Positions 23,359 through 35,912 of a stretch of 57,071 nt of DNA are shown here, piece by piece. This DNA is from Vezdaea acicularis (taxonomy: Eukaryota): the NCBI GenBank assembly GCA_026025075.1, contig JAPEUI010000102.1, positions 1 to 57,071 on the forward strand, in the 5' to 3' direction. The translations under genes were made by a program, and so were the position numbers. Position 1 is the stretch's first letter. Every line of letters starts with the position of its first letter. The notes under the pieces were generated by a model. That model saw only the letters and a list, made by a program, of their open reading frames with translations. It was not told where the DNA came from and made no database searches.

Positions 23359-23871
23359 ATGCACAATGCCTATGAGGTTCTAGGCCTGGAATTTTTGCAG
23401 ATTTCGGAGATATCTGTAAGGGATATCAAACAAGCTTATCGTTCCAGCCTGCTCATTCACCACCCGGACAAATCTACGCCACTAACCGCAGACATACAAG
23501 AGCACAGTCCCGGGTCAACCATAGATGAGATAAAAAATGCATACAAAACACTTTCAAATCCAAAGCTGCGTGCTGAGCTCGATCGCCAGCTCCTTCTACA
23601 TACTTCACATTCAATACCTAACCTGAGTAAAAAAAATCTTCAAGGATCGACTGAGTCTTCACATCCTGGTCTTGAGACCTTTGACCTTGATGACATGCTA
23701 TTCGACGAAGAAAGAAAGGTCTGGCATAAAAGCTGTAGATGCGGAGATACGGCTGGTTACGCCCTGGAGGAACAAATGCTAGAGGCTGAGTCCGACGTGG
23801 GCGAAGTACTGATAGGCTGTAAGGGTTGTAGTCTTTGGATAAAAGTCATCTTTGGGGTTGTGGAAACGTAA
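23359..23871 (+). CDS. DPH4: Diphthamide biosynthesis protein Dph4/Jjj3 (J-domain + CSL zinc finger)
   Basis: J-domain YEVLGL...IKQAYR...HHPDK...AYKTLSNP; zinc finger CRCG...IGCKGCSLWIKV. Confidence 0.93.
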   Translation: MHNAYEVLGLEFLQISEISVRDIKQAYRSSLLIHHPDKSTPLTADIQEHSPGSTIDEIKNAYKTLSNPKLRAELDRQLLLHTSHSIPNLSKKNLQGSTESSHPGLETFDLDDMLFDEERKVWHKSCRCGDTAGYALEEQMLEAESDVGEVLIGCKGCSLWIKVIFGVVET

Positions 23872-24359
23872 AACTTTCCCAGCCAGCAGAAGTCACAATC
23901 ATAGCTCTTCATATCACAACGAAATAAGCGGGAAGGTGATGTTGACATCTTGAGAACGATTACATATTTGGAGACCTACGAATCGCAAGAGAGTCTTCAC
24001 CAGCACCGTCGATCGCTCTCGCGCGAGCTGCTGGTAGCTCTTAGATCTAGCAGAAAGACTGTTAGTACCCTTGCAATATTGAGCACTGCCACAAGTTTGA
24101 AGCGCCATTTCGACCTCAATGGTTTGGCTGTCATAGGAAGCTGGTACATTTTGTCTACCTTTCAGCCGCGAATCCAGATTAGATTGAGAACTATCATATA
24201 CCATAAATCTACCTGATATATACATATACCAATTCTTGTGAGATGTCAAAGTTCCGTATGATCCTCCTGCCATAATCCACGTGATTGGCGACTCCAAAGT
24301 TCCGGAGGTGCTATCTCTTACTGATTTCCTCACAATTAGGACTTCCAATATCTTGAGAG

Positions 24360-25045
24360 ATGGCGACGCCACAGCAACAAATCCAACTCGCTCGATCATT
24401 ACCAAGGCAATTGATGACTTTCTTTGCTCGGTACCCGCCACCATTGCACCAGTCTGCAGCACAAGATCCTTCTACATCAACTCTTAGCGCCCAATCTTCG
24501 GTCGCGGCAGCTCCTCTCACGTCACCCACCGACCTGAACACCGATATAGAAGCTACTCATACGACTGGTACAGATTATAGAAGTCCATTTAGGCATTATC
24601 GACATCCCGTAACGGGCAGATGGCATGACCCGAAATATTCTATGAGGCGACAGAAAGAGTTGGTCAAACTTGCACATCAACACGGAGTGGCAGAATTGCT
24701 GCCATTTACTGTTAAAAGCCCCGAGGAGAAATTCCGAAAAAGGGTTGAAAGTGGTTTGAGAGTAAAAGGCACGGGGGTGGGACAGCATGTCAAGGGTAAA
24801 GCATGGGAAAGAACATTGAAGGGAAGGTGAGATATCTGTACCTGACCATATCAAACGCGTATTGTCACGCTTATCATATTGAAACTTCTAGGCTTGAACA
24901 ACGAGTACAAGCTATGCTTGAAATGCCGTCAACAGTACAAAAATGGAAAGAGGTATGGTCTTAGCGCAGTGAATAAATGGACCCGTTACTAACAGTCATT
25001 ACGCAGAGGGGGCACGGACGCGGCTGGAAGAAATGGCCCAAATGA
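24360..25045 (+). CDS. MRPL25: Mitochondrial ribosomal protein mL59 (MrpL25), three exons
   Basis: LPRQLMTFFARYPP, HPVTGRWHDPKYSMRRQKELVK, VKGTGVGQHVKG, RLEQRVQAMLEMP; ends RGHGRGWKKWPK. Confidence 0.88.
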
Positions 25046-25409
25046 AGCGAATGGTGAACTTGTCCATAGCTGAAACATTTCTTGTACATGTGACAGATGT
25101 GAACCACAGATCCAAGGATGTTCTTTTTGGTCAAGGCATGCGTGAATGTGTGGTCTCAGAGACACTCTCTAGTGACTGATGAGAGCTCCACCAAGATTGT
25201 ATCCAGCCCAGCCTACTAAAGTAAAAACCTTCCCCCTTTCGCGATAACCATCTTTGTTTGAGAAGCCTCTTAGTATCGCGAGAATCATTGAAAGATCACG
25301 GAGCACGTGATCGCGCGAGCTTTATGAAAATTTCCGAGATCCTACAACTCGCGGCTGGTTCTTGCTTTCTTCTCTGGACCTTACCCTATCTCCCTCATCT
25401 TGCTACAAC

Positions 25410-27638
25410 ATGAATGGAGTCAAGGGCGCTCAACTGTCTTCTCTCCCACCTCCCCCTCCCCCACCTGAGCCACAAGCACCGGAGAGACCATCATCTCCAC
25501 CACCACCTCCGCCGGACCTTAACCCGCCGCCTCCCCCCCCTCAAGATGCGCCCCCACCACCACCGAAACCCAAAACCCTATCCAAAGGGCCCATAAATAT
25601 AGAGGAGCTATTAAAGAAGAAGGATGTCACGAAAGCGAGGTATATCTCTAAAGCGCAGCGGGAGAAATTGGCAGCAGCCAAGAAGGAACTGCCACAGAAT
25701 GGCGTTAAACCGACAAATGGAATGGTGCCACAGAAAGTGACGCATATTCCGACTGAGCCCGCTGCAATGCGTTCACAGAATCGCAATAAGGCTGATATGG
25801 CGCCACCGCCTCCTCCATCTACGAATGGCGCGTCGAGCTTAGGTAACAAGAAGCGCCCGGCGGGGGATATCACTGAGGCTGAGATAATCCGACAAAGATA
25901 CATGGGTGCCGACCAAAACCAATCGACGTTCTCAGCAAAGAAAAAGAGGCGAAGGACGACGGAGAAGAAGTTCAATTTTGAGTGGAATACAGAGGAAGAT
26001 ACCAGTCCTGACTACAACCCACTATATCAAGAGAGGCAGAGAGCTTCACTCTTCGGGCGAGGGCGATTAGGAGGATTTGCTGATGACATAGCCAACGGTG
26101 GTGCCAAAGACTATGCAAGAGCACTGGAGAGGAGGGACTCGGAGGCAGGCTCCGCGCGTGCGAGGGAACTGTTGGAGATGGAGAGACGACGTAGGGAAGA
26201 GTCTGGCAGAGCAGCACTAGACAAGCATTGGAGCGACAAGAGGCTAGAAGATATGCGAGAGCGTGACTGGCGGATATTCAAGGAGGACTTCAACATCTCC
26301 ACCAAAGGGGGCGCTATACCAAATCCCATGCGCAACTGGAAAGAGTCGAATCTCCCTAAAGCGCTTCTCGATGTTGTCGCGCAAGTTGGCTACACAGATC
26401 CGTCGCCAGTCCAGCGAGCCGCCATTCCAATTGCCATGCAATCCCGGGATCTCATCGGCGTGGCTGTTACGGGCTCCGGAAAGACCGCCGCCTTCTTACT
26501 CCCTCTCCTAGATTACATCCTCGACCTCCCAGCCCTGAACGAGTCAACAAAGAATGCCGGTCCCTACGCTATCATCCTCGCCCCAACCCGAGAATTGGCG
26601 CAGCAGATCGAGCTTGAGGCCCGAAAGTTTGCAACACCTCTCGGCTTCACCTGTGTCAGCATCGTCGGCGGTCACTCCCTTGAAGAGCAAGCCTACGCCC
26701 TCCGCGACGGCGCCGAAATCGTCATCGCCACCCCCGGCCGTCTGGTCGACTGCATCGAGCGCCGCCTTCTCGTCCTCGGCCAATGCTGCTATGTGATCAT
26801 GGACGAAGCTGACCGCATGATCGACCTCGGCTTCGAGGAGCCTGTCAACAAGATCCTCGACGCCCTCCCCGTCTCCAACGAAAAGCCCGACACCGAAGAA
26901 GCCGAAGATGCCGAGGAAATGCGCAAGCATCTCGGCAACCGCAACCGCTACCGCCAGACAATGATGTACACCGCGACCATGCCCGCCGCCGTCGAGCGCA
27001 TCGCCAAGAAGTACCTCCGCCGCCCCGCCATCGTCACCATCGGCAACGTTGGCGAAGCCGTCGAGACCGTCGAGCAGCGCATCGAATTCGTCGCCGGCGA
27101 GGACAAGCGTAAGAAGCGCCTCGGCGAGATCCTCGCCTCGCGCGAGTTCCAACCCCCCATCATCGTCTTCGTCAATATCAAGCGTAACTGCGACGCCGTC
27201 GCCCGCGATATCAAACACATGGGCTTCTCCTCTGTCACCCTGCACGGCGGCAAGACGCAGGAGCAGCGAGAGGCCGCCTTGGCGTCTGTCCGCTCTGGAC
27301 ATACGGACGTGCTCGTCGCCACCGATCTGGCGGGCAGAGGTATTGACGTGCAGGATGTCAGCTTGGTCGTCAACTTCAATATGGCCACGAATATCGAGAG
27401 CTACACGCACCGCATAGGCAGGACGGGTCGTGCGGGTAAGAGCGGCGTGGCCATCACGTTCCTTGGAAATGAGGATACCGACGTCATGTATGACCTCAAG
27501 CAGATGCTGATGAAGTCGGAGATCTCGCGCGTACCGGAGGAGCTGCGGAAGCATGAGGCGGCGCAGCAGAAGACGGTCAAGGGCGGGCAGAAGAAGATTG
27601 AGGAGAGCTCCGGGTTTGGGGGGAAGGGTGGCTGGTGA
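25410..27638 (+). CDS. PRP28: Pre-mRNA splicing DEAD-box helicase Prp28
   Basis: KFNFEWNTEEDTS, MRERDWRIFKEDF, AVTGSGKT, PTRELA, DEAD, YTATMP, HRIGRTGRAG; Pro-rich N-terminus. Intronless. Confidence 0.96.
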   Translation: MNGVKGAQLSSLPPPPPPPEPQAPERPSSPPPPPPDLNPPPPPPQDAPPPPPKPKTLSKGPINIEELLKKKDVTKARYISKAQREKLAAAKKELPQNGVKPTNGMVPQKVTHIPTEPAAMRSQNRNKADMAPPPPPSTNGASSLGNKKRPAGDITEAEIIRQRYMGADQNQSTFSAKKKRRRTTEKKFNFEWNTEEDTSPDYNPLYQERQRASLFGRGRLGGFADDIANGGAKDYARALERRDSEAGSARARELLEMERRRREESGRAALDKHWSDKRLEDMRERDWRIFKEDFNISTKGGAIPNPMRNWKESNLPKALLDVVAQVGYTDPSPVQRAAIPIAMQSRDLIGVAVTGSGKTAAFLLPLLDYILDLPALNESTKNAGPYAIILAPTRELAQQIELEARKFATPLGFTCVSIVGGHSLEEQAYALRDGAEIVIATPGRLVDCIERRLLVLGQCCYVIMDEADRMIDLGFEEPVNKILDALPVSNEKPDTEEAEDAEEMRKHLGNRNRYRQTMMYTATMPAAVERIAKKYLRRPAIVTIGNVGEAVETVEQRIEFVAGEDKRKKRLGEILASREFQPPIIVFVNIKRNCDAVARDIKHMGFSSVTLHGGKTQEQREAALASVRSGHTDVLVATDLAGRGIDVQDVSLVVNFNMATNIESYTHRIGRTGRAGKSGVAITFLGNEDTDVMYDLKQMLMKSEISRVPEELRKHEAAQQKTVKGGQKKIEESSGFGGKGGW

Positions 27639-30600
27639 TGGCTTTGGTGCTGCTTGCTCAGTCTCGACCGCAGCCTTGGGGGCTGCTTCATCTAATATTT
27701 TCAAGGCTAATACTCCTCATGAAAATAAAACTTCTGAAAGTGGGAAATGTGATTCCACCGTGAACACGGCATGTATCTTTAGTAAAGCATCGTCAAGACG
27801 TTCAAATTATTGTTATACTAATAATATCTACATCTTGACGCTAATGTCATGGTTGCCTTGCTTTAGACTCAGTTACGCTGCATGATAGGTGTGTGCACCT
27901 CGTTGTGACGGCTCTACGTGACCAATGCGTAGAGACTATTGAAATATCTCTGCGAAACCTTCGTAAGCATCATCGTAGTAGTGCTGGCGCCTCGTAGAGT
28001 CCCCATGGTTCAATCCTGAGGCTCTAAGGGGTGGTAGAGGCTAGAGCTTGTAACAGGCAAAGTCAGATAGCGTGATGTATAGTTCGTTTCAGGTGTATGA
28101 TTGTCACTTCAAGGCCTACTAGTCTAAATTGTAAAGGGCCACATATGGGGGTTGATGGAACGGGTAAGTATGTTAGTCGCGCGGCAGCAGTAAGCAGTAC
28201 CAAAAACATGTCGAACTACTAGCACAGAGGACGCCGGCGACTAGATGAGGGCGGTCGGTAGGGCACTAACCCTGCGGCAAATACGACCTTAAGTGGAAGT
28301 AAAGACAAGAGGACGAACCCTTTTAGAACACAAATAGTGTATTTGAATTGTGATTATTTCCCGGAGGTGATGGGTCTGGGTCAGAGTTCGAATTGGAAGT
28401 AGAAGACGGGCGGTGGAGGGACATGCTAGGGAGCTTAAGGGGAAGAAATCGCCTGTGAGATGTTTCCGTCGTCTCGTACAAATTTCGCTTTCAACGCATA
28501 CATTGAAGAAGTGTGATTCAAGCCTCTACCCGGCTTTCATTATTTCGGCACCCCCCATCTTCATATGTCGAAAGGGTTTGACCATAACCTAGAGTTTCTT
28601 TCGTATTCCAAGTTTGTTGTGGCAGACACTGAGGTCCTTGCAAGGCGTCATCGGAGAGCAGCTGCCAAGAGTGTTACCGGGTGCCGCTCTCTGTCACGTC
28701 TTACCACTGCCATACCCTACAACGCAATGAGTTTATGGACGACATTCAGGACCAAAAACATACGACTTACTTGAGTTCTCTCCTTTGTAGAGATTGATTC
28801 TCATAATAGCTTGTATCACGTCGTGATGAGAGAAGCAACGAAAGGTTTCCGTTTCCTTGAGAAGAGAGTCCAGTCTCATCTGGCTCTGCGCAATGGCTAG
28901 GCAAGGACTGATGAGACAACAGTCAGACTAATTTACTCCCACGTCTTTCAACGTTGTCACAGGCTAGCCATGGATCCAAGACAAACGTTCTGAGCCCTTG
29001 GTGAGGTAAGGTCACTCGGGTGTGATGGGTTCCGCGACCTGTGGAGAAGAGGTACAAACCGAGGCGAATGCACCATCAAATGATCATTTCTCGACTGTGG
29101 AAGACATCGGGAGGCACATATTCCTTTACTGGAACCGATGGAGCGCTGCTGGGTGGGAAAGAGAAGCATCTGGCTCGGAAGATACGGTCGGTACGAAAAA
29201 ACAGACTAAAGGCGACAGGAGCCCCTGAAAGTTGGCTCGAGGGCGTGAACCAAAAGGATAGCAATTCAAAGCATGCTTCAGATCAGAGAAGAATAATATT
29301 CGTTGTCTTGAAGGAGATGACAACAGGTCAACAGCTCATACTAGGGCTCTGGTAAGTCGGCCGAGACATGAAGGCGGCGCCAGATCGGGGCAAGAGCTCC
29401 TGTCTTAGAGCGAATGCTTATGGCGCCTCACGGTTACTACTGTGGGAGAAAGAATGCTGCAGAAGAAGACATAGTAGGGCTGAGGACAACTCAACCATGG
29501 TGTTGCGTTGTCGCCTGGAGCTGGGGGACCTGATCGAAAAGGCCTAGAACATCGACAAAGTCGAACGCAAAAAGTGAAGAGAGGGAACGGAGAGAGAAGA
29601 AAACGTGACCGGAGAGATGAGGGATGTTCTGGAACTTCAGGGTCGGCGGCGGAGCGCAGCGCCGCTCTGCTGTGTGGACCCTGAAATGAAAGGATCCCGG
29701 TCGAAACTCGCGTGGCAAGAAGGGAGAGAGGCAGATGACCGATAGCAGACGGCATCGACAGAGGCGTTCATGGGAATATTGGGTCAGAGCTTTTTTCCGA
29801 TACACATCCAACACGGACCCTGTCCAGCGGCAAGCTGCCGAATTTGCCGGTGAGAGGATCGGGGTGCCATAGGACTCAGGTCGAGACCTCGCCCGTTGGT
29901 GGCCCTCCAAGCTTTCAGCCACGTGCCATGAAATTGCCTCTTTCCTCTTCTCCAAAACCATCACGGGCGACAGAAGAAGGGGAGCGTTCGTTGGGTGCGG
30001 ATTGCACCCTTCTTTGAGTGCCTCGTATCAAACAAGACTGCCTTGCGCTGGGAACAAGAGAGAGAGACGTCGGGTCGTTCCATCTAGACCGTCAGCGACG
30101 GCGTTCGCTTCGAGGCTCTAGTGCCCCTAAGTGTGTGATCGGCAAGGCCCCACCTCCAGCCGTTGTTCGAAGCTTTTGAAGACCTTCTAAAGGGAGGGTA
30201 AGCGGGGATCCAAGCAGACATTCACGCCGTGGCGACCAGGCGACCATGGATGGCCAACTCGGTGATACCACGTACGCAGAGTGTGGAGTTTTCAACCGAC
30301 GCACGCAGGAGGTTGAAGTTGGAGTTGGAGTTGCGCTGCTTCGAGACCAGTCGATTCCGGCTCGATGCGACAAGCGAGAGCGCGAAAAAGACCCGCAAGG
30401 GTGCAGGCTCCCACGAGCCTCTCGCTCCACAGATCATGGACAAGGATCGCTTGGTGAGGAGCAGGCGCTGAAGAACGGGCGTTCGAACGGGTCGAGATGG
30501 AAAATCCGATGACCCGCCTCCACCGAGATTCGCAATCCGCATGTCGGACAAGGGCCATGACTGGGTGCGCTGAACCGTCAAAGGATAGAGGCGGAGGCTT

Positions 30601-32370
30601 TATTGATCTGAACGGGCGTCTCCCGCTAGAGCGTGAGCACCATCAGTAGTGTGCTATTGAGGTAAAGGTAGCAAAGCTCCCTCCACTCACAAAGGGGTGC
30701 GAGTTCTCGCTTCAACATTCTCGACCTGCCGCTTCGAATGAGCTTCCAGGACTTGAGGTAGGCTGACGCCATTTTGGGACGTGGAATGTCGCTCAACGCT
30801 TCGGGTTGTAGTCCAAGATTGATGTTTGCGAGATCGAAAGCAGGAGGACGAGCGTGCTCTGACCGTCTACAGTAGCCGTGGTCAGCTGACGGAACATTCG
30901 CATTGCACCTGTACTCGACAAGGCGAATAGATGACGATGCTTGTGCGACCGAGTCGACTAATGCCGCTCTTCATTCCTCCGCACGCTGTTCCGCATGGTG
31001 GGCAGGATGGGATTTGTGCTGCTCAGGCCGTGTCACGGTGAAATATCGATGTCTGATAAGGATGCGCACGGGCGTAACACTGACACGCCATCGATCAAGG
31101 CGGTGAGCCCCAATAATGACCGTTGATGTTCAAGAGCTGAAGGACCTGAACGCTCTGCTACATGACTTGGATCCTTTCTCATGTGGGGGATACTTGGCCA
31201 TCACCCTATCACGAAGCATGATGTTATGCTCGACAACGCCAGAGACTCGTGTTGGGCTCTTGCATGGGCCCATCACGGAGGGCAAGTTGCAGAGCTGCCT
31301 ACAACATTACATGCTCGAACAGAGAGGAAAGAGTCTGTCGATGCTTGCGATGGGCGGGCTGCTAGTGTACCTACCTGTCTTGGTTTGGTACTAGACGAAC
31401 CCGTCCGAGTCACTTGCTCCTACTCGATTTGTTCTCAGGAAGGCAGCAGCCACAACGACAGTCCCATCCATTCCATCTGCAAGGTGGGGGGGAACGATCA
31501 ACCATCCGCCTCACTCAAGCATATCCTCTCACGCTGCTCGAGAGAGCGGCGTGCAGCGCTCCATCATGGACGTCCTGCACGATAGCGGCGCTCACGCTCC
31601 CACTGGCCGTTTCACGTCGAATGCTTCATCACACGAGCCACCGACGTCAAACACAGCTCCCAATGCCCGATCCATCAGCAACAGCGATAGACGACCGACC
31701 AATAAATCGCGGCACAGGTTATGCCCACGCAATGCGTGGGCAAGGAAGGTGCGGAGCATTCCCCAAGCGTGGCGCTCGGGAGAGCAGCTGCCGACGATGC
31801 GACGCTTCAGCAAGGTCTCCGTCAGAGCGTGGGCAGTGCTGGCAAGCTGACGCCGTCAGACCAGACCAGAGCGGATTGGATTGTGACAAAGGCGTGTCGT
31901 GATAAGTTGGTCACGACCCTGCGCAGATGGCATCGCCGTGGTCGTCGTCTGGGGGAGATTTTCGATTTCGAGATTTCGAGATTAGAGAGTCGATTGATCG
32001 ACATGGAACCAGCAAATCGTCGCGGGGCTAGGATGAGAGAGGGCTAGCGGGCTGGCGGAAGGGGCCCTGCGGTAAGGGTTTCCCTTGGCATGGCCGTGCG
32101 AGGAAGGGGCCCCCCGCGACGGCGCTATACCTGGCAGGGGAGGAGATCGACAATGGACCGAGTTCTAGACCCCGCGCCTGCCCTGCATGGCGGCCGGTGG
32201 CTGGGCGCTGCGTCGGGAGCGAATTTCGGCGGTCGCGCCAATCAGGAGGTGATTGCTGAGTGGACGCAAGCGGCTGCCTTCTGCCTGACCGTCACGTCCA
32301 GCGCCGCGTTCCCTTACGCTACCACGTCGAACGCTGGGCAACTCGTCGCTCTCTCGTTCTTTCCTCTTGC

Positions 32371-32390
32371 GACTCGACTCGACTCGACTC
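32371..32390. repeat. (GACTC)4 microsatellite in the CT-rich leader upstream of the histidine kinase
   Basis: GACTCGACTCGACTCGACTC read directly from the sequence. Confidence 0.8.
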
Positions 32391-33067
32391 ACCCCAAACG
32401 GACTCACTCGCTTCCGCCTTTTCACTCCCGCGCCGGCTCCTCTCGCTCGTCTGCTCGATCACTCGGCTCGAGAGAGCACGGGCTCCATCTCGGGTTACGA
32501 CCCAGCGAACATTGCCGACCCCTTCCCTCGCCCGTTCGATGACGCCCATTCCTCCTCTCCCGACTCTCAACGCCCGTCCATCGGTGACTTTCGGCATGTC
32601 TTATTCGATGCTGCGGATCGTAGCACCGACGCGCAGTTGAGAGCTTTGGGCCCTCTTCTTTCGACCCCAACTGCCCCGCACAATCTGCCCCCGTCCAAAC
32701 TTTTCCTCTTGACCTCAACCTGAACAGATCTACCGTCGGTGCCATCCAGCCCCCCCCGCCCAGAACCCTCCTGTGAACTCTGCCCACCCCCTCATCCTCC
32801 CCCCCTTTCTTTTGCTCTTTCGTTGGCCACATTTCAGACGCTTTAGAGTCTTAGAATCATTATTGTGGTGGCGGCGACGATCACGACGAGGAGACGAGGG
32901 GTCCGTCGATGGCATTATCTGCCGAATAACACAACCTGCTCGAAGTTCATTTAAAGGTCGAGCTGCAGGGTACGGGACCTCTTGTTTAGGTCAGGGCCTT
33001 TCGCTTCTATTCGACATCGAAAGGACCCCAAGCTGGCAGACGGAAGCCAGCCTGGTTGAGCTTGGGC

Positions 33068-35912
33068 ATGGGGCCATCAGCAGAGGGAGACGCGCCAGAA
33101 TGGAATGGCCCGGTGGTATCCGATATGATCGTGCGACAGACGCTATGTCTACCACAGATGGACCGTCGCGTCGTCATCCAAAGAGGCGATGAGGATTTTC
33201 CAATAGAGCTGGGCCGACACTTTCGGGCGCCGGAGAGCGATGCGGCCGAGAAGCTCTTCAACCTGAAGATGAAGCTGCGGGAGGCCAACACCTACGACTT
33301 CTGGGCCTTGGTGGTCGAAGGGATCGTGGATATCACCAATGCCCAGTGTGGCTTCGTCGCAAAGCGCATTCTCATGGACGACGCGGATGTGCCTGTCGAA
33401 ATGCCTCATATTGGGGAGGAGGGGTCGTGCCTGATGGGACTGGCTTTTCACTTCGATGACGGTCATGGTATGAAGGAGACCGCTCGAAACTGGAAGTACC
33501 ATGCCTATAGCTGTCCCTGCGCCTACATGAAGCATGAAAAGGTATTCATCATCCCGGATCGCATCTCCGAACTGCTTCCTCACGCCGACAACCCGAACTC
33601 ACCTCCCTTTCCGCCGGAGTCCTACATAGGAGTTCCCTTGTTCTCAGAGGGCAAGTGTTTCGCTCATTTTGGCGCGTTCTACACGGCGGAGGGTATCGCC
33701 GGGCGGAAGTTGAGCTGGGCATTCATAGAGATGGTTCTACACTCTCTGGAGGACATGATACAGCAGCGCATGATTGACGGACAAGGTTTTACGGGCAAGA
33801 AAGTTGAAGAGCCGCATCCACGCCCGGGAAAAGTGATTCCGAGAGAAGCAGTCTCAGCCTCTCAATCGCTCAAGCCATACGCTCGAAGTCTATCCCATGA
33901 GCTCAGGACGCCCATGCAGGGCGTGGTCGGCATGCTCGATGTCATGTACGCAAACGTTCAAGAAGCTAGCGAAGGGATGGAACATGGCTCCGTTCGAAAT
34001 GTTCTCCAAACACTGAGGGAGAACATTGAAGTTGTACAAGGTTGGTCTATTCGCGTCTGCTTCCATTCACTCATATTTCATATTTGTTTCTTTCACGCTC
34101 TACACCTGCTGAACGCTTCCAACAGACAGCTCCCGCCGGGCAGTGGAAGCGGCCGATAACGTCGTTCACGCTTATGATCTGAACATGGAGGTGCCTGGTA
34201 CCCCACCCGATTCTGGCGACGTGGATGACACGGTAGACGTGGATGAGTCTAGTCCTAAGCCCGCGAAACGAGCGTTACGCCCGGACATCTTTATCGAAGG
34301 TCATGAGATAGGGACCGGCTCGCGTGGGAAAAAACGCCGGAGGCAGTCTGGCGAGTCGGACGAGAGTCCAGCAAAACAAAGGCCGCTTGCTCCCCTGGAA
34401 AGACATCTCGCTCGTGAGAGAACAATGTCACCTCGACGGCGGGGTGTAAGTGAAGCTATCAAGGAAAGCCAAGAAATCCTTGACGCTCCACCAGATCACC
34501 ACCCAGCACTAAACGCAGCGTCGACAGATCGTGCCCTCCCAGCAACATCGTATCCTGTCGCTGCAAACCTCCCACAAGCGATTGAAGCTTCCACTACTCC
34601 TGGTCTACGACCTACAAAGCTGCGAGAGCTTTTGCCGTACATCATCACGGAGTCCATGAGGGTCGGCGGTCGGCCTGACTCTGCGATCGCCGTGGACACC
34701 GACTTCGGGGAGAGAATCGAAGTTAGAACAAGAGGGTCTAACAGTCAGGTTCAGTCGAAAACTATCGAGTGGCTGGTCGACCCCGCTGTGCCGGACACAT
34801 TTTTGACAGACGAGAGAGATCTAGCGAAGCTCGTTTCATGCGTATTCCTAAATGCGTTCAAGTTCACGGAAGTCGGAAAGATTTTCATGCATGCTAGCCT
34901 GAGTCCAAGCCGTCGCTTCGTCGTAATTGATGTCAAAGACACCGGCTCAGGTATTCCCAGCGACTTCTTGCCCTACTTGTTCAAGCCATTCAGCCGGGAA
35001 GACGACTCGCTCACCCGACAAACAGAAGGCCTTGGACTAGGGCTACTAGTCGCGAAAGGACTCGCACGAAAGATCAAAGGGGATGTTGTATGCTTGCGAT
35101 CCAGTACCTCTGGCCCAGACCAAGGGTCCGAATTTTCCATACGAGTGCCGGTCATGCCAGGGGAAAACAGCATGCCAGGATCACCTCGGTATCGCACCCC
35201 AACACCCGTAAGCCGTAGCAATCGTGGGTCGTCCGGAGTCGAAATTCCCCTAGAGAGGGCCGAGTCAAATGACCGGCTCATGCCACCCGAACCGCACCTC
35301 CCGAATTCGGCAGAAAAGGGGCGCAGTAGCCCGATCGCCGACCTGCTCCCTCGCATTTCCTCGCCTCTTCATGTTTCCTCAAACTCCCGTCGCAATAGTC
35401 TTGGCCCCCAGCGGGACTCGCGTAAGAAACCTACATTCGACACCCGCCTTGCGGAAAAGCACCCCGTCACGTTTCTTGTCGCCGAAGACAACAAGATCAA
35501 TCGCAAACTCCTATTCAGCATGCTGCGCAAGCTCGGCTACAAGCATATCTACGAAGCCTATGACGGTGCGGAAGCCGTCCGACAGATGAAGATCGATCGC
35601 TCAGACCAGGACGGCGGAAACATCGACATCGTCTTGATGGACCTGTGGATGCCGAATATGGACGGCTACGAGGCCACCCGCCGTATTCTCGATATGCAAG
35701 CGAAGGGCACCCTGCCTGGAAGTAGCCCGGATCGAGACGTCACCGTGCTCGCGGTCAGCGCGGACGTCACGGGGGAGGCCCTGGAGAAGGCTGCGAAAGC
35801 GGGTATGAAGGGCTTCATGACCAAGCCGTACAAGCTCCTCGACCTGGAACGCTTGATCATCGAGTGTTGCCAGAGCAGGGCGGCGTCTATCCACGCGATG
35901 ATGCATACGTGA
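33068..35912 (+). CDS. Cytosolic hybrid sensor histidine kinase (GAF-like, HisKA, HATPase, receiver)
   Basis: H-box SLSHELRTPMQGVVG; N-box LNAFKFT; DTGSGI; FKPFSR; GLGLGL; receiver VAEDN...LMDLWMP...FMTKP. Intron 34041-34125 joins the two ORFs in frame (VVQ-DSSRRAVEAAD). Confidence 0.93.

Noticed and set aside
26544..27704. 386-aa antisense ORF over PRP28
   Set aside because: Shadow ORF produced by the strong third-position bias of the sense gene; no recognisable domain.
27990..28030. GGTTCAATCC tRNA T-loop-like word
   Set aside because: No T-stem or cloverleaf can be built around it.
28266..28273. CTAACCCT as an alternative telomerase template
   Set aside because: It is buried in a local hairpin (GTAGGG/CCCTGC), and I saw no pseudoknot or three-way junction nearby.
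28565..33000. Many 60-160 aa ORFs in the large intergenic region
   Set aside because: They overlap in all frames, show no domains, and are expected in GC-rich DNA.
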